Assembly: GCA_965223265.1 (NCBI GenBank)
Contig: OZ244999.1
Coordinates: 96,001 to 160,000 of the forward strand
From: Planctomycetota bacterium
GTDB taxonomy: Bacteria > Planctomycetota > UBA8108 > SXIK01
DNA: 64,000 nucleotides
Reading direction: 5' to 3'
The notes under the pieces: generated by a model
Told to the model about the DNA's origin: nothing
Seen by the model: only the letters and a program-made list of their open reading frames with translations
Databases searched by the model: none
Translations under genes and position numbers: made by a program
Shown: in pieces, positions 1-9,339 of the stretch
Numbering within the stretch: the first letter of the stretch is position 1
Layout: each line of letters opens with the position of its first letter

Positions 1-525
1 TTTGGACGTAAGTGTCTGGTTGCGCGCCGTCTGCTCGAGCGTGGTGTACGTTTTGTGCAGATCTGGATGGGTAACGACAACAGCCATCCCCGGCGCAATT
101 GGGATTCGCATGAGTACATCGAGCGTGACCACGGGCCACTCGGTATCGGTATGGCACGCGGCGCAGCAGCGCTGATTTCGGACCTCAAGGAGCGCGGCAT
201 GCTCGACGACACGATTGTGCACTGGACGACGGAGTTCGGGCGCATGCCGTGCGCGCAGGGCTCGAAGGGGCGCGATCACAACCCGTTCGCCTTCACGAAC
301 TGGCTCGCCGGTGGCGGCATTCGGGGCGGCGTGAGCTACGGGCCAAGCGACGAGTGGGGTTACAAGCCGCTCGACCGCGACAAACCAACGATGGTGCACG
401 ACGTCCACGCGACGATGCTGCACCTCCTCGGCATCGATCACGAGCGCCTGACGATGCGTCACAACGGCATCGACCGCCGCCTCACGGACGTCCACGGACA
501 CGTGATCCGCGATCTCATCGCGTAA
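1..525 (+). CDS. DUF1501 domain protein, C-terminal part (5' end outside window)
   Basis: Frame 1 is open from base 1 (FGRKCLVARRLLERGVRFVQ). It has TEFGRMP, GRDHNP and HDVHATMLHLLGIDHERLT...RLTDVHG motifs, as do the other DUF1501 genes in the window. Confidence 0.9.
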   Translation, partial: FGRKCLVARRLLERGVRFVQIWMGNDNSHPRRNWDSHEYIERDHGPLGIGMARGAAALISDLKERGMLDDTIVHWTTEFGRMPCAQGSKGRDHNPFAFTNWLAGGGIRGGVSYGPSDEWGYKPLDRDKPTMVHDVHATMLHLLGIDHERLTMRHNGIDRRLTDVHGHVIRDLIA

Positions 526-856
526 CGCTTAGTCGCGCAGAGCGACTTGTGCGTGGGGATGGAACGAAGCTTGGCAAACTTGTGCACCATGACATCGTCG
601 GTGGGACATACCCACACGAGTTTGCCGGAGATCAATAGGCGGAAGCGTGGAATCGTTTTTCGCCAAGATCTAAACTCGAGTTCAAGGAAGCCGCTTCGCG
701 GCAGGCCCGGTTCGTTCAGGCGTTCTGGGTGACGATCGCCGGCCGCCTCGGGCCACCGGTGTGCTCGCTCTGCGGCCCGTTCGATGAGGCGTAAAGGCGT
801 CGAGGCGTCGATGATGCTCTTTCTGCAGAAAGCAACCTCTCAGAAAGGAGCACGCT

Positions 857-1765
857 ATGACGCCTCTTCGCCAAAAGTTTCTCCAGGATCTGGAACTTGC
901 CGGCCTCGCCGACGGTACCTGCAGGGTCTACGTTTGGGCCGTCGGGCAGCTGGCGAAACACTATCACCAGTCTCCCGATACGCTCTCGGAAACTCAAGTC
1001 CGCGACTATCTTTTCCACCTCAGGCACGAGCGTCAGTTCGCTATCGGGTCCTTGAAAATCGCCTACAGCGCTTTGAGATTTTTCTTCAGACGCACGGTGC
1101 CGCGCGACTGGAAGACGCTGGAGGATTTGCGAACGCCGAAGGAATCCAAGCTGCCAGACGTCCTCAGCGTCGAAGAGGTTCACGAGATCATCGCGGCGAC
1201 CTGCAGCCAGCAGTGGCGCACCTGCTTCTGGATGATCTACTCCCTTGGCCTGAGGATCTCTGAGGGCATCTCGCTCGAAGTGGGAGATGTCGACGCGGCA
1301 CGCTCTTTCGTGCACGTTCGTGGCGGCAAGGGTGCCGCTGACCGCTATGTGCCGCTTCCCCCCGATACTCTCGAAGCGCTGCGCCGCTACTGGAAGACGC
1401 ATCGCAACCCGCGACTTCTTTTCCCCGCCCGCGGCCGCGGGGACAAGCAGGGACGATCGGCCACGCAGCCCGTGTCGAGGAAGACAGCTCAGGCAGCGTT
1501 GCGTCGCGTCGCCACGCAGCTTGGCATCAAGAAACGCGTTTCGCCCCACACTCTGCGCCACAGCTATGCGACACACTTACTCGAGGCTGGTGTCAACCTC
1601 CGTGTTATCCAGAAGTACCTCGGCCACAGGTCGCTCAAGGCTACGTCGATCTACCTGCACCTTACACGTGATGGCGAAGAGCAGGCCCACGCGACGATCA
1701 ACGCGCTCATGGTACGCCCTCGCTCAGAGGAGGGCAAAGCGGCGAGGACGAACGCCGGCCAATAG
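857..1765 (+). CDS. Tyrosine recombinase/integrase (IS91-associated type)
   Basis: N-terminal SAM-like domain. Catalytic set GLRISE (R), GGKG (K), HTLRH (HxxR), LGH, TSIY (Y). AAGGAG RBS upstream. Confidence 0.93.
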   Translation: MTPLRQKFLQDLELAGLADGTCRVYVWAVGQLAKHYHQSPDTLSETQVRDYLFHLRHERQFAIGSLKIAYSALRFFFRRTVPRDWKTLEDLRTPKESKLPDVLSVEEVHEIIAATCSQQWRTCFWMIYSLGLRISEGISLEVGDVDAARSFVHVRGGKGAADRYVPLPPDTLEALRRYWKTHRNPRLLFPARGRGDKQGRSATQPVSRKTAQAALRRVATQLGIKKRVSPHTLRHSYATHLLEAGVNLRVIQKYLGHRSLKATSIYLHLTRDGEEQAHATINALMVRPRSEEGKAARTNAGQ

Positions 1766-1771
1766 CGCACC

Positions 1772-2902
1772 GTGGCGTCGCTTGCGGAGATTTTCACGCG
1801 CTATGGCGAGGAGTATCTGGAGTGTCACGGTTCCAGCGTGCCTCTGCAGCACCGTCGTGTCCTGGCGCTGCTGAGCGCCTGTGGCACTGGCGATCTGGGT
1901 TACGTGCGCTGGCGCTGCGAGAGCTGCGCTCGCTCTCACCGGACGCCCCGCTCGTGCGGCAACCGCCATTGTCCGGGCTGTCAGTCCTCCAAGAACGTGC
2001 GCTGGCTCGCCGAGCAATTACAGCATCGACTCGAGGTGCCCTACTTTCTCCTTACATTCACTCTGCCCGCAACGCTACGACCCTTCGTGCGCTCGCAGCA
2101 GCGTGCCTGCTACCGGGCGCTCTTTCGCGCCGCCGCTGAATCGCTTCAGAAGCTCGCACGCGATCCACGCTTTCTCGGTGCGGCGCGCCTTGGCTTCACC
2201 GCGGTTCTGCACACTTGGGGACGGGCGTTGGCATATCACCCGCACCTGCACGTGTTGGTGCCGGCCGGCGGCTTGAGCGACGATGGTGCGAGCTGGATCA
2301 CCTCGCGCCCCGACTTTCTCGTGCCGGTCAAGGCGCTGTCGAAGATCTTTCGCGCCAAATTCCGCCACGAGCTGCAGCGGGCTGGTCTTCTCAAGGACAT
2401 TGCGCCTGCGGTGTGGACAGAGAACTTCGTCACCGACTCGCGCGCCGTCGGTGACGGCGAGTCGACACTCACGTATCTATCACGCTACGTCTTTCGCGTA
2501 GCGATCTCCAATGCCCGCATCGTCTCCTGCGACGATGGTCGCGTTCGCTTTCGCTGGAAGAAGTCGGGCAGTCGGCGGTGGCGGACCATGGAGCTCGATG
2601 CTCTGGAGTTCATCCGCCGCTTCCTCCAGCACGTCCTACCTCGGGGGCTACAGAAGGTGCGTCACTACGGATTCCTCAGTCCGCAAAGCGCCGTCTCCCT
2701 CCACGAGGTGCGAGTCTTTGTCGCTAGAGTGAACCCTCCCGCCGACGGCGCACAGATTCATTCCGATGCGAACGGAGCCAGGGCGGCGCCATCGACGACG
2801 ACGGACAGTCCCACCGAACACCCCTTCTGCTCGTGCTGCGGGGGCCGGCTACATGTCATTGCGATCGTCTTTCATCGCGTCGGTTTCCGCGACTCCCGGT
2901 AG
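1772..2902 (+). CDS. IS91-family rolling-circle transposase (Zn-binding + Y2 domain)
   Basis: CESC...SCGNRHCPGC zinc motif, LHTWG, HUH motif YHPHLH, YLSRY (Y-xxx-Y), FLQHVLPRG..KVRHYG. Confidence 0.93.
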   Translation: MASLAEIFTRYGEEYLECHGSSVPLQHRRVLALLSACGTGDLGYVRWRCESCARSHRTPRSCGNRHCPGCQSSKNVRWLAEQLQHRLEVPYFLLTFTLPATLRPFVRSQQRACYRALFRAAAESLQKLARDPRFLGAARLGFTAVLHTWGRALAYHPHLHVLVPAGGLSDDGASWITSRPDFLVPVKALSKIFRAKFRHELQRAGLLKDIAPAVWTENFVTDSRAVGDGESTLTYLSRYVFRVAISNARIVSCDDGRVRFRWKKSGSRRWRTMELDALEFIRRFLQHVLPRGLQKVRHYGFLSPQSAVSLHEVRVFVARVNPPADGAQIHSDANGARAAPSTTTDSPTEHPFCSCCGGRLHVIAIVFHRVGFRDSR

Positions 2903-3194
2903 AAAGACACCGTGAACACTCTCCCACCGACCGACCCACTGCGCCCGAAAACCCGCCATGCCAACGGCGGGGCGCCCCCGGTCTGCTCCCACAGTGACCA
3001 GCGCGACTGCCAACGCGAGATTCGGTGCGCTCAGCACGTCGCAGACACCGTTCACGCGGTTGATTCCGCTCCTGGGGCTCCCTCGCGTGAGCCTTATCGC
3101 CGCTGCCTCTCCCTCTGACCTCCCCGTCAAATCGAAGCGTTTCCCATCACGTCCGACGGTCGCTCCTGCGGCCAACGAGGAGCCGCGAGGCTCC

Positions 3195-3363
3195 TTGAAC
3201 TCAGGATTTGGACTCGGCTTCGCTCGCCCAAATCCTCATCCAGTTGAACTCAGGATTTGGACTCGGCTTCGCTCGCCCAAATCCTCATCCAGTTTCGCCC
3301 AAATCCTCATCCAGTTGAACTCAGGATTTGGACTCGGCTTCGCTCGCCCAAATCCTCATCCAG
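3195..3363 (+). repeat. Tandem 49-bp hairpin repeat (3 full copies + one 22-bp partial)
   Basis: TTGAACTCAGGATTTGGACTCGGCTTCGCTCGCCCAAATCCTCATCCAG at 3195-3243, 3244-3292 and 3315-3363; partial copy at 3293-3314. Each unit has the 9-bp stem AGGATTTGG/CCAAATCCT. Confidence 0.95.
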
Positions 3364-3606
3364 TTTGGCCATTTCGCGCCGGCCTGGCCGGACGAGTTTC
3401 GCGGGAATTCAACGGCCCTTTCGACTTTTTCGTACCCTGAGAACCCTTGTGCATGTTTAAAAACTCCTGTCCGGCCCTTCGGGGAACTCCAGGAGGGCCG
3501 ATGCCCGCGCCCGTCCTCCGCCACGACCCGAGCGGGATCGCGCCCGAGTCGCTCCTTGGCCTCGACGCTCCTGGCGTTCCCAGGCTCGACGCGAAATGGC
3601 CAAACT
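3362..3606. mobile_element. 245-bp non-coding segment bounded by perfect 17-bp inverted repeats (MITE-like or empty cassette-like)
   Basis: AGTTTGGCCATTTCGCG (3362-3378) and CGCGAAATGGCCAAACT (3590-3606). No convincing ORF inside and no clear target-site duplication. Confidence 0.55.
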
Positions 3607-3619
3607 CGAGCTAAAGCCA

Positions 3620-4627
3620 TCAAGGCTCAATCGCCACCCACTGCGCTGTTTGCCGACTCTCGAGCATCGCTAGGTTCACACGTAGCGTTTGCAGGCCTTC
3701 GGCCAACGTACAGCGCACGTCGCCTTTGCCCTCAAGCGCATCGAGGAAGACGTTGGCCTGGCGTATGAAGCCGTCGTCGCGCTCTGCAGATGCTGTCGCC
3801 TCGACGTTCCACTCACCGCCCGGCTCCGTGATCGACAGCCAGCGCTGGCGGTGCGACTCGAGCCGAACCGTGCCGTGCTCACAGTTGACCGTGATCGTCG
3901 ACTCGTTCGGCGCTTGAAATTGGTTGAGGGCGAACGAGCTCATGACGCCGCTTTGATGCCGCGCGATCGCGTGGACGACATCCTCGACTTCGACGCCGTC
4001 GAGCACCTTGTGCGCGGCGTCGGCGGTGACTCGCGTGATCGGTCCCACCAGCCACTCGACGGCGTTGACGTGATGCGTGAGCGCATCTTGGATGGCTCCG
4101 CCGCCATGTTCGTGGCGCGTGTAGTAGATTTCGCGGTAAGCCGGGCGGTACGTCGGAAAGTTTTGGCCCGACACCGAGACGACTTCAATCGGCTGACCAA
4201 ACCGCCCGGACAGCACAGCTTCGCGCAGTGATTCGATCAGTTCGATCGAGCGGAGTATGTAGGCGACCGCTACCGTCAAGCCTCTTTCTCGCACCAGCGC
4301 CTCAAGCTCTCGAAGGCCTTGCAAGCTTGTCGACAGCGGCTTTTCGATCAGCAGGTGGATGCCCGAGCGTGCCAGGCGCGTCGCTACCTCGATGTGGAGG
4401 TGAGCCGGTACCGCGACCACTGCTGCGTCGAAGGCGTGATGCTCCAACGCTGTCTCGAGATCATTGTAGGCGCCAACCAGAGGGTACCGCGATGAGACAG
4501 CTTGACACTTCTCGGCGTCCAGCTCGCAGATGGCGACTTCCGTTCTCTGCGTCGCCAAGAAACAGCGGGCGTGGCGCTCGCCAATCGAGCCTGCCCCGAT
4601 CACCAAGACGCGCGTGAGTTGTGCCAT
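3620..4627 (-). CDS. Gfo/Idh/MocA family oxidoreductase
   Basis: Rossmann motif VLVIGAGSIG, LIEKP motif, GGGAIQDALTH. Confidence 0.9.
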   Translation of the reverse strand: MAQLTRVLVIGAGSIGERHARCFLATQRTEVAICELDAEKCQAVSSRYPLVGAYNDLETALEHHAFDAAVVAVPAHLHIEVATRLARSGIHLLIEKPLSTSLQGLRELEALVRERGLTVAVAYILRSIELIESLREAVLSGRFGQPIEVVSVSGQNFPTYRPAYREIYYTRHEHGGGAIQDALTHHVNAVEWLVGPITRVTADAAHKVLDGVEVEDVVHAIARHQSGVMSSFALNQFQAPNESTITVNCEHGTVRLESHRQRWLSITEPGGEWNVEATASAERDDGFIRQANVFLDALEGKGDVRCTLAEGLQTLRVNLAMLESRQTAQWVAIEP

Positions 4628-4681
4628 GGGTCGTCGTCCTTCGTTCTCTATCGCTCGGAATTACCAACCGACCGAAATGCG

Positions 4682-5614
4682 TCACGCCAGGGCGTTTTGC
4701 AATCGTTCGAACAGGCGGTCGATGTGCTCGCGAGTCCCCGGGTCGATCTCAAATCCGACCGGGCCCCGCACCACTTGGTTGCGAAAGACGCCCTGCTTGG
4801 CGAGGAGATATTTCTCGACAGCTAGAAAAGCATCGAGGCTCGACTGCAGCGACACGAGCGCGATCAGCGGCGCGGAAATGCGGTCGGCGCGCTCTTCGTC
4901 ACCCGCGACGAGCGCGCGCCACAGGCCGACGTTCGCGTCGACGAGATCGGCGCCAGGCATGGTTCCCGTGACACCGCGGCGAAAACTGTCGACGAGAGCG
5001 AGGCCGCCTGAGCCCTCGAAGACGCGAGCCTTGCCGCCTGTCGTCTCTCGTAGGGCCGTGAGTCGCGGCCCGATGGGATGCGCTTCCGGCTTAAAGCAGA
5101 CGCGATCGGGGCCGTGGTCGACCATGAGGCGCGCCTGAAACTCGACGTTCATGGCGGCACCGACGTAGGCGCTGGCATCCTGCACGATCACCGGGATCGA
5201 TACGGCATTCAGGAGGCGGTCATAGTACTTTCTGAGCTCGCTTTCGAGAGCGCGTGTGGCGACGGGCGGGATTGCCATCACAGCGGTGGCGCCGCACGCT
5301 TCAGCATGACGCGCGTAGCGTTCGGCCACCACGGTGCTCTCCGCGCCGACGCTGACGACGACGGCGCCGCGCGACGCTACGGCGTCACACACGACTGCCG
5401 TGAGTTGTTCGCGCTCATCGCTCGCAAGTCGCAGCACCTCCGACACCATGGCGATGACCACGCCGCTCGCGCCGCGTGAGAAAACCCAGTCGACCTCGCG
5501 GGCGAGCGTGTCGTAGTCGATCGTCTCGTCGTCGTGATACGGCGTCTGCAGCACCGTCAAGACTCCGGCGAGTGCCGTGTTTGCGTCAGTCGATGGTTTC
5601 TTCCCACCACTCAT
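4682..5614 (-). CDS. Dihydrodipicolinate synthase (DapA-like) family aldolase
   Basis: GVLTVLQTPY...IDYDTL, VMAIPP, IPVIVQD, Schiff-base Lys in CFKPE. Start placed at MSGG. Confidence 0.85.
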   Translation of the reverse strand: MSGGKKPSTDANTALAGVLTVLQTPYHDDETIDYDTLAREVDWVFSRGASGVVIAMVSEVLRLASDEREQLTAVVCDAVASRGAVVVSVGAESTVVAERYARHAEACGATAVMAIPPVATRALESELRKYYDRLLNAVSIPVIVQDASAYVGAAMNVEFQARLMVDHGPDRVCFKPEAHPIGPRLTALRETTGGKARVFEGSGGLALVDSFRRGVTGTMPGADLVDANVGLWRALVAGDEERADRISAPLIALVSLQSSLDAFLAVEKYLLAKQGVFRNQVVRGPVGFEIDPGTREHIDRLFERLQNALA

Positions 5615-5699
5615 GTCTACGCCTCGTCGCAACTCAAGCTATGCATCTGATGTGGTTCATGAATCAAAGGTCGACTCAATCGATCTTGACCTCACGACT

Positions 5700-6704
5700 T
5701 CAGAACCACATCGCCTTGTCGGTGACATTTCGCAGTGGCTCGCCGCGACTGAAGCGACCGATGTTGTCAAGAAGGACGCCGAGATGCCGTTCCGGGATCT
5801 CAGGTGAGCAGCCTGCCATGTGCGGCGTGATGATGACGTTCTCCATCGCCCACAGCGGATGGTCTGACGGCAGCGGCTCGACTTCGAAGACGTCCAGCGC
5901 TGCACCGGCGATCTCGCCCGAGCGCAGCGCCGCCGTGAGATCGGCGAGGTCAACGATGGCCCCGCGACCGATGTTGATCAAATACGCGGTCGACTTCATC
6001 TGCTGGAAAACGCTGGCGCGAAACAGCTTCTCGGTCTCGGGGGTGTGCGGCGCGGCGATGACGACGAAGTCGCTTTGCGCGAGCAGGTCCGGCAGCCGCT
6101 CCGACGTCGTGCCCAAGAACTCGCAGCCCTCGGGAGGCGGCACTTCTTGAGCGTCTACAGCGACGACGCGCAGGTTGAACGCCCGCGCCCGTGTGGCGAT
6201 CTCACGACCGATGGCGCCGAGACCGATGACGCCAAGGCAGTGCGTCGACAGGTGCAGGTGGTTGCGGTCGAGGCCGGTGATTGCGCCCGGACCGCTGACG
6301 AAATTGGTGCGTTCGCTTTCGCCGCCGATCGGTTCCCAGCGCGCCTCGACCTGTTGACGTATGTAAAGATGCAGGTTGCGCGCAAAGCAGATGACGTAGC
6401 CCATCACTTGATCGGCGATGACATCGGAGTAGATGCCGCGCATGTTGGTCAGCGCGCATTCGTGCGCGATCAACTCCGGAAACACGTAGTGCTCAAGGCT
6501 CGCCGTCGCCGACTGCACCCAGCGCAGCCGTTCGGCGCGCGCCAGAAGCGGCGGGGTGATCTTGCCGAACATGGCGTCGGCGTCGACGATGTTGCGCGCC
6601 GCCTCCTCCTCGCTGGCGGCGTTGATCACCTCCAAATCGTCGGCGGCAGCCATGATACGTGCCAGCCGCTCGTCTTCGACAGCGGGGAAGAGGAGCAGTT
6701 TCAT
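5700..6704 (-). CDS. D-2-hydroxyacid dehydrogenase
   Basis: GVIGLGAIG, LINIGRG, AALDVFEVEPL, ITPHMAG. Start trimmed to MKLLLF. Confidence 0.9.
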   Translation of the reverse strand: MKLLLFPAVEDERLARIMAAADDLEVINAASEEEAARNIVDADAMFGKITPPLLARAERLRWVQSATASLEHYVFPELIAHECALTNMRGIYSDVIADQVMGYVICFARNLHLYIRQQVEARWEPIGGESERTNFVSGPGAITGLDRNHLHLSTHCLGVIGLGAIGREIATRARAFNLRVVAVDAQEVPPPEGCEFLGTTSERLPDLLAQSDFVVIAAPHTPETEKLFRASVFQQMKSTAYLINIGRGAIVDLADLTAALRSGEIAGAALDVFEVEPLPSDHPLWAMENVIITPHMAGCSPEIPERHLGVLLDNIGRFSRGEPLRNVTDKAMWF

Positions 6705-7084
6705 GGAAAGGTGGCCCTCGTGGTCTTTCGATTTGTCTTGCTTCCAACGCGTTTGCGTCGTGCGTCCCGTCGGGGCGAAGCGATGACTCTTGCCGCGCGT
6801 CTGCAGTTGTCGACGAATTCTCGTCAGTGTGAAGGAATCGGTCCACGAGTGTACCGTCGACCTGCTCAACTGCCGAAACCAAAAGTGACGATTCCGCGCT
6901 CACGTGACGTCAGAGCTACGCTCCTCCTGGTTCAAAGCGGGTGCCTGCTAGCGATCGGTCGATCGAGTCATCATTCGCTGCCAAGAGTCGGGAAAAACAT
7001 CTGGTCTACTCCGCCGGCATTCTTTAGGCTTCCCTTCAGTTGTCTCCTCGCATGGGCGATCAACGCAAACAGAGGACCTGATCA

Positions 7085-8194
7085 ATGGAAAGACGGGAAT
7101 ATCGGCGCCGGCCTTCGCGTGGGCCCGAGCTGTCGCCAGCAGCGATTCGCCGGCTGGTGGCCGGCGGCGTCATCCTTGCCGTGATCGTCGCTGCGGGGCT
7201 GACGATGATGTACCAGGTGGAGGCGCAAGAAGAGGGCGTCGTGCTGCGGTTTGGGCGTTACCTCAAGACCTCTCCACCGGGGCTGCATTGGCGTCTGCCT
7301 TTTGGGATCGATCGCGTCCAAACGGTGCCCTCTGCATTGGTGAAGAAACAAGATTTTGGACACATAAGTGACGACGTAGCGTCGCGGCGCCAGCGGCGTT
7401 CAGCATCGGATCCGTCACTGAAGAACGTCTCACTGATGCTCACCGGCGACCTCAACATCGTCGAGGTGCCATGGACGGTTCAGTACCGCATCAAGAACTC
7501 GCGAGAGTTTCTCTTCAACGTGCGAAACCCCGACGAGACGCTGCGGGACATCTCGGAGGCCGCTATGCGTCTGGTTGTTGGAGACCACAGTATTACCGAC
7601 ATCCTGACGGAGAAGCGGAGCGACATCGAATTGGAAGTCGCAGAACTGATCCGCACGACGCTTGATCAATACCGGGCCGGAATCGAGATCCATGCCCTGA
7701 ATATTCAGAACGTGACGCCGCCAGAGTCCGTCAAGGCCGCGTTCGACGATGTGACGGCAGCACGACTCGAAAAGGAGACGGAAATCAACGAGGCTCAACA
7801 AGAGTACTTCAAAGTGATTCCGGAGGCTCGTGGTGAAGCGCAGCAGATGGAAAGAGAGGCGGAAGGATACTATGCGCGACGCGTCAACGAAGCACACGGT
7901 GACGTGGCGCGATTTCTCGCCCTCTTCGAGGAGTATCAACGCGCGCCAGAAGTCACGCGTACTCGGCTCTACTTGGAAGTCATTTCCGAGGTGTTGCCGC
8001 AGATTCACCATATCTATGTCGTCGACGACGATCAGCAGGGGCCGCTCCAGGTGCTCGACTTGAAGCAGGGCGCCGCTGCAGCGCGCAGTCGTACCACGAC
8101 CGAGTCACGGGTCGGCGGACTGCACGGGCGTTCCGCTCGAAGTGGAGAGGGGACCCAGTCAACGAGACAGACGACAGGGAGGCGCGCGCAATGA
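7085..8194 (+). CDS. hflK: FtsH protease modulator HflK
   Basis: TM helix + SPFH domain: GVVLRFG, PGLHW, MLTGDLNIV, APEVTRTRLYLE. Confidence 0.9.
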   Translation: MERREYRRRPSRGPELSPAAIRRLVAGGVILAVIVAAGLTMMYQVEAQEEGVVLRFGRYLKTSPPGLHWRLPFGIDRVQTVPSALVKKQDFGHISDDVASRRQRRSASDPSLKNVSLMLTGDLNIVEVPWTVQYRIKNSREFLFNVRNPDETLRDISEAAMRLVVGDHSITDILTEKRSDIELEVAELIRTTLDQYRAGIEIHALNIQNVTPPESVKAAFDDVTAARLEKETEINEAQQEYFKVIPEARGEAQQMEREAEGYYARRVNEAHGDVARFLALFEEYQRAPEVTRTRLYLEVISEVLPQIHHIYVVDDDQQGPLQVLDLKQGAAAARSRTTTESRVGGLHGRSARSGEGTQSTRQTTGRRAQ

Positions 8195-9255
8195 ACGACA
8201 TCACGCAACATCCAAGCTACAAGGCCGGAGCGATTGGCGTACTCGCCGCAGTGCTCGTCGTGGTCGGATTGATCTGTCTTTGGGCAGCCGCGTTCGTTGT
8301 CTCAGAGGGCGAACAGGCTGTGGTGACGCGGTTCGGCAAGGTAGTCCGCGTCGTGAAAGAGGAAGCAGGTCTCTACTTCAAAGCCCCGTTTGTCGAAACC
8401 GTCCACAAATTCCAGAAGAGATTGTTGGAGTTCGATGGTGATCCAAAGCAGACGCAGACGAATGACAAGAAGCCGATTTCGATCGATACCTTCGCCCGCT
8501 GGCGGATCGTCGATCCGCAGAAGTTTTTCGAAACGGTGAGGGACGAACCAGGGGCGCGATCGCGGCTCACGGCGAGCATCAACTCTGCCACAGTCGGGGC
8601 GATGGCTCGCCATCGTCTTGTGGAAGCCGTGCGCAACACGAACCGTCATCTGACGCAGGATAAAGAGGTCGTTGCTGCACGCGCGCAAATGGAGGAGGTC
8701 GATCCAGGGTTAGCGACCGGTGACCCGGACAAAGACTCGGCCGAGGTAGACGACCTCACCATCGAGGTCGGCCGTGAAAAGATCGCCAAGGAGATCACGG
8801 ATTTTGCGTCTCGAGAGGTTGCTGAAATCGGGGTCGAGCTCATCGATGTGAAGATCAAGCGGATCAACTACGGCGATGACGGCGTCAAGAAGGCAGTCTT
8901 CGATCGCATGAAATCGGCGCGTGAGCAGATCGCGCAGAAGTATCGCTCTGAGGGTCGCGAGCAGCGATCGGTATGGATGGGGCAGATCGACCAAGATCGC
9001 AGCAAGATTCTCTCGGGTGCATTTCGCACCGCCGAGACGCGGCGTGGCGAAGCGGATGCCGAGGCCGCGCGCATCTACTCCGACGCGTACGGCAAAGACC
9101 CCGAGTTCTACGCCTTCTGGAAGACCCTGCAGCTCTACCGTGAGACGCTTGGTAGCAATAGCACGCTCGTGGTTTCCACCAATTCAGATCTCTTTCGCTA
9201 CTTGCAGCAGGGTGGTGTTCTCAACGGCACCGCGACCGCGGCCGGCGGCGATTGA
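8191..9255 (+). CDS. hflC: FtsH protease modulator HflC
   Basis: ATGA overlap with hflK. AVVTRFGK, GLYFKAPF, WRIVDP, DPEFYAFWKTL. Confidence 0.9.
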   Translation: MNDITQHPSYKAGAIGVLAAVLVVVGLICLWAAAFVVSEGEQAVVTRFGKVVRVVKEEAGLYFKAPFVETVHKFQKRLLEFDGDPKQTQTNDKKPISIDTFARWRIVDPQKFFETVRDEPGARSRLTASINSATVGAMARHRLVEAVRNTNRHLTQDKEVVAARAQMEEVDPGLATGDPDKDSAEVDDLTIEVGREKIAKEITDFASREVAEIGVELIDVKIKRINYGDDGVKKAVFDRMKSAREQIAQKYRSEGREQRSVWMGQIDQDRSKILSGAFRTAETRRGEADAEAARIYSDAYGKDPEFYAFWKTLQLYRETLGSNSTLVVSTNSDLFRYLQQGGVLNGTATAAGGD

Positions 9256-9339
9256 CAGCCCGTTGAAAGAGTGCTTCGAGCTGAAATCTGGGCGTGAAGA
9301 GGCCGGTTTCTCAGCCGAGTGACTTTTTCAACGGGCTGT
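9255..9339. repeat. 85-bp inverted-repeat element (MITE-like, IS5-type end) after hflC
   Basis: ACAGCCCGTTGAAAGAGT (9255-9272) and ACTTTTTCAACGGGCTGT (9322-9339) are 17/18 complementary. Confidence 0.6.

Larger units (their letters stand above)
678..3202 (+). mobile_element. IS91-like element encoding a tyrosine recombinase and a Y2/HUH transposase
   Basis: Two-gene pair separated by 6 bp. GAGTTCAAGGA (678-688) is the exact reverse complement of TCCTTGAACTC (3192-3202), with imperfect inward extension. A subterminal hairpin GCTCCT...AGGAGC lies near 3162-3183. Confidence 0.75.

Noticed and set aside
716-1576. 286-aa minus-strand ORF
   Set aside because: Antisense shadow of the integrase; no motifs.
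857-1765. Integron integrase IntI
   Set aside because: No evident IntI-specific insertion before the HxxR box. The gene is coupled to an IS91-type transposase.
3195-3363. CRISPR array
   Set aside because: Repeats are head-to-tail with no unique spacers, and there are no cas genes in the window.
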